Shown: in pieces, positions 58,345 through 64,000 of the stretch | Layout: every line of letters starts with the position of its first letter | Position numbering within the stretch: the first letter of the stretch is position 1 | NCBI GenBank assembly: GCA_963726745.1 | Contig: CAVSDR010000006.1 | Span: 608,001-672,000, forward strand | Source: an uncultured Verrucomicrobiae bacterium | GTDB taxonomy: Bacteria > Verrucomicrobiota > Verrucomicrobiia > Chthoniobacterales > UBA10450 | Reading direction: 5' to 3' | DNA: 64,000 nt | Made by a program: the position numbers and the translations under genes | The notes under the pieces: model-generated | Told to the model about the DNA's origin: nothing | Database searches by the model: none | The model's input: the letters and a program-made list of their open reading frames with translations, nothing else

Positions 58345-61300
58345 CTAATTTAAGGTGTAGGCTTCCACCGTAGCCACCCCGGTGCTGCCGTCTTTGCCGC
58401 GAACGATCACAGTGTGAGCGGTCGACGGCAGGGTGGCGACGATCGCCGCTTCGAGGTCGTTCGGCGGAGCCACGGTGCTGTCGATGATCTCCTGCTGCTG
58501 GCCGCCGGTGCGCCAGTCGTCATTCGAGGCGATGAGCACGCCGTTGGCGTTGTAGAGCTCGAGCGTCGGGTTCGCGAGTTTCCCCGCAACCGTAAGGCTC
58601 GGCCCGAGCGAACGGACGATTACTTTCTTCATGCCGCCGCCGCGGATAATGAAGCCGCCGATCATGACGTTGTCCGCTGTCTGGACAAAGCCGCGGCTGC
58701 AGATGTTCGCCAGGGCGGAATCAGCCGTCGGATTGAGGTCGTAGATTTCCACTGAGGCGATGCCGGTGCCGCCATCCTTCCCACGCACAATCGCGGTGTA
58801 ACCGGTGCGGCCCGCAGGGAGCGTGGCCACGATTGCCGGCTCGAGATCGTTCGAGGGAGCGACCGTGCTGTCGATGATCTCCTGCTCCTGACCACCGGCG
58901 CGCCAGTTGTCATTCGAGGTGATCAAGCCGCCAGGACCGTAGAGCTCCAGCGTCGGGTCGGCCAATTTGCCGGCAAAAGTGTAGGACGGTCCGATCGCGC
59001 GGATGATGACTTTCTTCGGCGCCGTGCCGGTAACGATGAACCCGCCGATGAGGGCGTTGTCGCCCGTCTCCACGCGCATGCGAGTGGCGATGTTGCCGAA
59101 GATGGTCGGCGTCGCGCTCGGGGTCGGCGTGGGAGTCGAGTCGGGTCGGGGTCGGGGTCGCTGTAGGCGTTGGCGTGGCCGTTGGGGTCGGCGTCGGCGT
59201 CGGCGTTGGCGTAGCCGTCGGAGTCGGCGTCGGAGTCGGAGTCGGCGTCGGGGTCGGGGTGCCGGCGTTGATCGTCAGGTCGGCGTCCGAGATGTCGAAG
59301 AAGACGTTGCCCACCGCTTCGACCTTGATGCGGCCGGTGGTGGTGTCGACGTTCGGCAAGGTCACGCTGGCGCTGCCGTTGTTCGGAACCGAGCCCGCGA
59401 GGACGGTCGGGAAGGTTTGCCCGCCATCGGTCGAGAGGCTGATCTTCACATTCGCGGCGTTCACTGGCGCGGCGTTGGTGTTGGCCACACTCCAGGTCAC
59501 AGTCACGGCGGTGTTGCCAGTGAGCGTGGTGGCAGTGTTCGGCGCGGTGATCACGAACGGGCCGCTGGCTGCATCGACCGTTACGGTGGTGCCGGCATCG
59601 ACCACGCCGCCGCGACCGTCGCGTGCGACCACGCGGAAGTTCATCGTGCGGGCGACAGCCGGCAGGATCTCGCCGGTCACGCAAGTGATCCCGGTCTCGC
59701 AGACTGCACCCATCGGCGAAGTGCCGGTGAAGGTGAGAGGCGGGAGGTTCGCGTTATTCAGGATGTAAGGCAGGCTCGGGAAGGTGCGCGTAGGGCTGGC
59801 CGAGGGCGCGTAGACGCGGAAGAGCGGGCGCAAAACGCCATCGCTATCCTGATCGTAAGCGCCGGGCGGCATCCCCTCGGGACCGCTGGCCGCGGCCGCG
59901 AGATCGTATTCTTCCCAGGAGTAGCTCAAGGGATCGTTGTCGGCGTCGGTGCCGAGCGCGGTGAGCGCAAACGGCGTCTGCTTTGGAATGGTGTAGCTGG
60001 CGCCGGCACTGACCGTGGGGACGTTGTTCCCCGTGGCGGTGTTCGTGCCGCAGCTGCCGCCGCCCGTGGCGTCGGCTAATTCCGTGAAGATCTGCGTCAG
60101 GCTGCGCACCGAGAAGGTGTCGAGCGAATACTGCTGCAGGTTGCGCGCGCCGCAGATGCCGACGTAGGACATGATCGTCGAGCCGCTGGCCGGCTCGTAG
60201 GCGTCATTCGCCGAGCGCGTGCTGCAGGTGCCGGTTTCCTTGGTGTTATAGGTGTGCTGTGCGGAGAGCTGGTGTCCCATTTCGTGCGCCACGTAGTCGA
60301 CCCAGAACGGGTCGCCCGTAGGGGGGACGCGCGCGGAATAGCCTTCCCCCTTTTGCGCCGAGCAAATCGAGGGGCTGCTGGCCACGCCGCCGCCGCCGGT
60401 GCCGAAGAGATGGCCGAGATCGTAATTGGCATTGCCAACGATGGTATCGAGCTGGGTCTGGTTAATCGAAAGCTGGTTGGTGTTGTCGGTGTTGTCGTAG
60501 GGGTCGGTCGCCGGGTCCGGGAAGACGATGTTTTTGCCCGAGACGAGCGTGAGCGCGACCGAGAGATCGCGCCGGTAGATGGTATTGATCCGGTTGACCG
60601 CGTTCATCACGTCGGCAAAAGCGGCATCCTGCCCGCCGCGGTTCACGGTGTATTCCCCGGTGGTGGCAATGGCCACGCGGTAGGTGCGAAGATTCGCGCC
60701 GTTGCTAAAGCGCGGAGCGATCGCGCGCTTCGCGGTCTTTTCCTGCGAGGGGCCCGGGTGCTTCGTCTCGTCGGCTAAATAGCGATCGAGTTCGCAATGG
60801 AAAGCGTTCTGCGCCGCAGCGACGTCGCTCTTGAAGTAAGTCACGCAATGCGCGCGATCGCTCGCGCTGCGCGGATCGACCAAATACGCGCCATCCTTCC
60901 CGATCACGTAGGCCGAGAATCCTTCCCGCGACCAGCTCAAGCGTGCCACCGCAGTGGTGTCGTCGAGGCCGCGCGCGGAATAGGTCTTCCAATCCGGGCG
61001 CTCCGCCGCGGCTTTGCCGGCGAGCATCGGGGACTCTTCGATCCGGAAACGCTCCACCTGCCCATCCGGGCGCGGCAGCGTGATCTCGATTGCGATCATT
61101 TCGGCCGCAGGCGTGAACTCCATCGGCGCGCTCTCCAGGATGGATTCCATCGCCGGGACGTCGAGCGCCAGGGTGCGTGCGCCCGCCGGAGCAGAGTGGT
61201 TTTGCGGCAGGGCCGCCAACTCTTTCTGGTCGACGCTGCGCCACAGAGTCGATTGCGCGGCAGCAGTGGCCGCGAGGAAGACACACGCCAAGCTGGCGGC

Positions 61301-61357
61301 GAATAAAGGCTGCAAACGTAGGAGCGCTCGGAAGCGCAGAGGACAATTCTTTATCAT
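58345..61357 (-). CDS. Secreted reprolysin-like (M12B) zinc metallopeptidase with Pro-Thr linker and tandem 'NISTR' C-terminal domain (indel in the linker near 59145)
   Basis: Pro-domain; AHEMGHQLSAQH zinc motif; Met-turn STIMSY; (PT)n linker; ORF 58345-59079 supplies the C-terminal domain. Confidence 0.85.
59105..59262 (-). repeat. Hexanucleotide-like tandem repeat encoding the (Pro-Thr)n linker
   Basis: Repeated TCGGCG/TCGGGG/TCGGAG units on the + strand; translate as TPTPTP on the - strand. Confidence 0.85.
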
Positions 61358-61468
61358 GTGGATTTTCGAGATTCTCAGACACGCGTCAGTCACCTGCACA
61401 CTTTATGCAGGTTCATGCGCGGGCGGACGTTAGCGCGGAAGAGCTGGTTTTCCAGCGCTATGATAAAA

Positions 61469-62458
61469 TTAATAGCGCCCAGCGCGTTCGAGCAGCGGCT
61501 GCCACCAATGCTGGTTTGCCAAATACCAGTCGATCGTCGCTTCAAGGCCTTCGCGGAAGTGGTGCCGCGGGCTCCACTTCAACTCCTGGAGCGCGAAGGA
61601 GGAATCGATCGCATACCGCCGGTCGTGCCCCAACCGGTCGGTCACAAATTGAATCAGCGAATGCGGCTTCCCGAGCTTGTCCAGGATCAGGCGCACGACG
61701 TCGATGTTCACCATCTCGCTGTTGCCGCCGAAGTTGTAGACCGTGCCCGGTTTCCCCTCGAAAAGCGCGGCCACGATCCCGGCGCAATGATCTTCCACGT
61801 GGATCCAGTCGCGCACGTTTTGCCCATCGCCGTAGACCGGGAGCGGCTCGTCGCGCATCGCCTTGATGATCATCAACGGGATCAGCTTCTCGGGAAATTG
61901 ATACGGCCCATAGTTGTTCGAGCAGCGGGTCACCACGACCTCCTGGTCGAAGGTCTTGTGCGAGGCGAGGGCAATCAAATCCGCGCCCGCCTTGCTCGCG
62001 GAATAGGGCGAGCTCGGCTCGATCGGCGATTGCTCGGTGAAGCGGCCGGTCGCGCCTAACGAGCCGTAGACCTCGTCGGTCGAGACCTGGACGAACCGCT
62101 GCACCCCGTGGCGCCGGGCGCAGTCGAGCAGGATGCTGGTGCCGACGACGTTCGTGTGGATGAAATTTTGCGGATCGTTGATCGAGCGATCGACGTGCGA
62201 TTCGGCCGCGAAGTTGACCACGGCAAAAAAAAGATGCTCGCGCATGAGCGCATCCATCTGGTCGGCGTTGGCGATGTCCGCCTGGAAGAACTCGTAGCGC
62301 TCGCCATGTTCCTCCGCCACCCCGTCGAGGTTGGCCAGGTTCCCCGCGTAAGTCAGGACATCGACATTGCTCAGCGACGCCTGCTTGTAATGTTCGAGAA
62401 CGTAGCGAATAAAGTTGCTCCCGATGAAGCCGCAGCCGCCCGTAACTAAAATGCGCAT
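61469..62458 (-). CDS. rfbB: dTDP-glucose 4,6-dehydratase
   Basis: ILVTGGCGFIGSNF, LTYAGN, AAESHVDRSI, VSTDEVYGSL, PYSASKA, DRLGHDRRYA. Confidence 0.97.
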   Translation of the reverse strand: MRILVTGGCGFIGSNFIRYVLEHYKQASLSNVDVLTYAGNLANLDGVAEEHGERYEFFQADIANADQMDALMREHLFFAVVNFAAESHVDRSINDPQNFIHTNVVGTSILLDCARRHGVQRFVQVSTDEVYGSLGATGRFTEQSPIEPSSPYSASKAGADLIALASHKTFDQEVVVTRCSNNYGPYQFPEKLIPLMIIKAMRDEPLPVYGDGQNVRDWIHVEDHCAGIVAALFEGKPGTVYNFGGNSEMVNIDVVRLILDKLGKPHSLIQFVTDRLGHDRRYAIDSSFALQELKWSPRHHFREGLEATIDWYLANQHWWQPLLERAGRY

Positions 62459-64000
62459 GGCAGCGCGTACTAGCAGTGCCCCCCACGCCGCGCTAGCGGA
62501 TTCTCCCGCGGGCTTCGATTGGACGCCTTGGGCCATCCTCGCCGTCGGCGCTTTCCTGCGCCTCTTCCTCCTGGCCTTGAAGCCGCCGCATTTCGACGAG
62601 GGGATCAACGGCTGGTTTGTCGACCAGATGACCAAGAACGGCTTCTACCGTTACGACCCGACGAACTACCACGGGCCGCTCCATTTCTACATTCTCTTCC
62701 TCGCGCAAACGCTCTTCGGCCGGAACCTCTGGGCCTTACGGATGCCGGTGGTTCTCGGCAGTCTCGCGAGCCTCTGGTTGATGTTTAAGTTCGAGCCATT
62801 CCTCGGCCGGCGAGTGGCCCGGCTGGCAGCGCTCGCGATGGCCGTCTCCCCGGCTTTCGTTTTCTACGGTCGCTACTCCATCCACGAAGTTTGGATGCTC
62901 CTTTTCTCCATGCTCTTCCTCCTGGGCTTGATCGGTCTTTGGCGGAAAGGCGAGACCGCCTACCTCTGGTGCACCGGCCTGGGAATAGCCGGCATGATCC
63001 TGACCAAGGAGACTTACATCATCCATCTTGGCTGCGCCCTTATCGCCGGTGGCGTCGCCTGGGTTTCGCACAAGATCACTCCGGCGACGGACGCGAGCCG
63101 CGCCGAACAACAGTGGGGCCACCGCGACCTCCTCCTCGTTATCGGCGTCGGCCTGCTGGCGATCGTCTTCTTTTATTCCGGCACCTTCATGAACTTGAAA
63201 GGTCTCAAGGGACTCTATGAGACTTTCGGCGCTTGGTTCGCCACCGGCACCAATGGCAACGGCCACGAGAAACCCTGGCCTTACTGGCTGGAATTAATCG
63301 GCCGCTACGAGATTCCGGTCGCGCTCGGCTTACTGGCTTGCGCGCTTTGCCAGTTCTTCAAGGAAATCAGCCTGCGTTATCTGGCGATCTACGCGGTCGG
63401 GTTGCTCGCGGCCTACAGCATCGTGCATTACAAGACGCCTTGGTGCATCATTAGCATCGTCTGGCCCTTCTTCTTCGTTTTTGCCGCCGGCATTTATTTG
63501 CTCGAGGCCCGGATTGCCCGGCTTGGCCTGGGACTGGCGGCCCTCGCCCTTCTCCTCTCGCTGGTGCTTTGCGTGCGATTGAACTTCTTTCGCGCGACCA
63601 CCGACACCGAGCCTTATGTTTACGTCCAGACTTACAACGACGTCCGGCTGCTTACCAAACCGGTCTTGGCTTTGGCAAAAGCCGATCCGCGCAACTACCA
63701 AATGGTTGGCCACATAATTCGCGCGAGCGCCTATCCCCTCCCCTGGATGCTGGGCGATTTTCCCAAGGTAGGTTATTACGAGAAGGATTCCCTGCCCTCG
63801 CCGCTCGACGCGGCTTTCCTGCTCGTGCAGGAGGATAAAGTCGCCGGGGTGGAAGCGAAGCTGCACGAGAGTTACTACACCATGCCGCTGACGATTCGGC
63901 CTTACCAGGATACTTCCAAGCTCTACTTAAACGCGCGCGTCTTTAAGGATTTCTTCCAGGGCAAAGTGCCGGACTTCCCGGGAGCAAATCCTCTCCGATG
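62457..64000 (+). CDS. GT-C / PMT-like (family 39) membrane glycosyltransferase, TIGR03663/Agl23-like (stop not inside window)
   Basis: Manual translation: FLRLFLLALKPPHFDEGING...YRYDPTNYHGP...SPAFVFYGRYSIHE...TKE...GHEKPWPYW...YKTPW; frame open to the window end. Confidence 0.8.
   Translation, partial: MAARTSSAPHAALADSPAGFDWTPWAILAVGAFLRLFLLALKPPHFDEGINGWFVDQMTKNGFYRYDPTNYHGPLHFYILFLAQTLFGRNLWALRMPVVLGSLASLWLMFKFEPFLGRRVARLAALAMAVSPAFVFYGRYSIHEVWMLLFSMLFLLGLIGLWRKGETAYLWCTGLGIAGMILTKETYIIHLGCALIAGGVAWVSHKITPATDASRAEQQWGHRDLLLVIGVGLLAIVFFYSGTFMNLKGLKGLYETFGAWFATGTNGNGHEKPWPYWLELIGRYEIPVALGLLACALCQFFKEISLRYLAIYAVGLLAAYSIVHYKTPWCIISIVWPFFFVFAAGIYLLEARIARLGLGLAALALLLSLVLCVRLNFFRATTDTEPYVYVQTYNDVRLLTKPVLALAKADPRNYQMVGHIIRASAYPLPWMLGDFPKVGYYEKDSLPSPLDAAFLLVQEDKVAGVEAKLHESYYTMPLTIRPYQDTSKLYLNARVFKDFFQGKVPDFPGANPLR

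Noticed and set aside
59105..59262. Tandem repeat as a contingency locus or non-coding repeat
   Set aside because: The units are degenerate at third codon positions and encode a standard Pro-Thr linker.

Overview
This is a GC-rich (roughly 65% by eye) bacterial chromosome window. It is most likely Verrucomicrobiota (Chthoniobacterales/Spartobacteria-like), inferred from VPDSG/PEP-CTERM tails, 'NISTR' and dockerin-like C-terminal domains, and gene order. Core genes include moeA, hinT, nrdR, topB, dprA, ssb, rpsF, pth, rplY, prs, rlmN, an ECF sigma/anti-sigma pair, pilT and a pilT/pilU paralog, aat, guaA, rfbD, rfbB, tRNA-Ser(GCT) and tRNA-Phe(GAA). Two accessory blocks interrupt them. The first (15.5-29.3 kb) holds a sigma54-type minor-pilin trio, three PEP/VPDSG-CTERM proteins and three TPR proteins. 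The second (47.6-61.4 kb) holds five large secreted proteins between rfbB and rfbD. The strongest unexplained signal is a dispersed, non-palindromic motif, (C)TCGTTAGGC / GCCTAACGA(G). A manual scan found 22 exact 9-mers (15 of them full 10-mers) against about 0.4 expected from base composition. It occurs on both strands, is accommodated through rare codons and stop codons in core genes, and forms an inverted pair between convergent genes. Exact copies are absent from 14.7-28.2 kb and 46.8-62.0 kb. This resembles a DNA-uptake-sequence-like or HIP1-like element, and it sits in a window carrying dprA, ssb, pilT/U and pilins. Eight genes carry short indels that are most likely assembly errors. 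I found no CRISPR array, rRNA, integrase or transposase.
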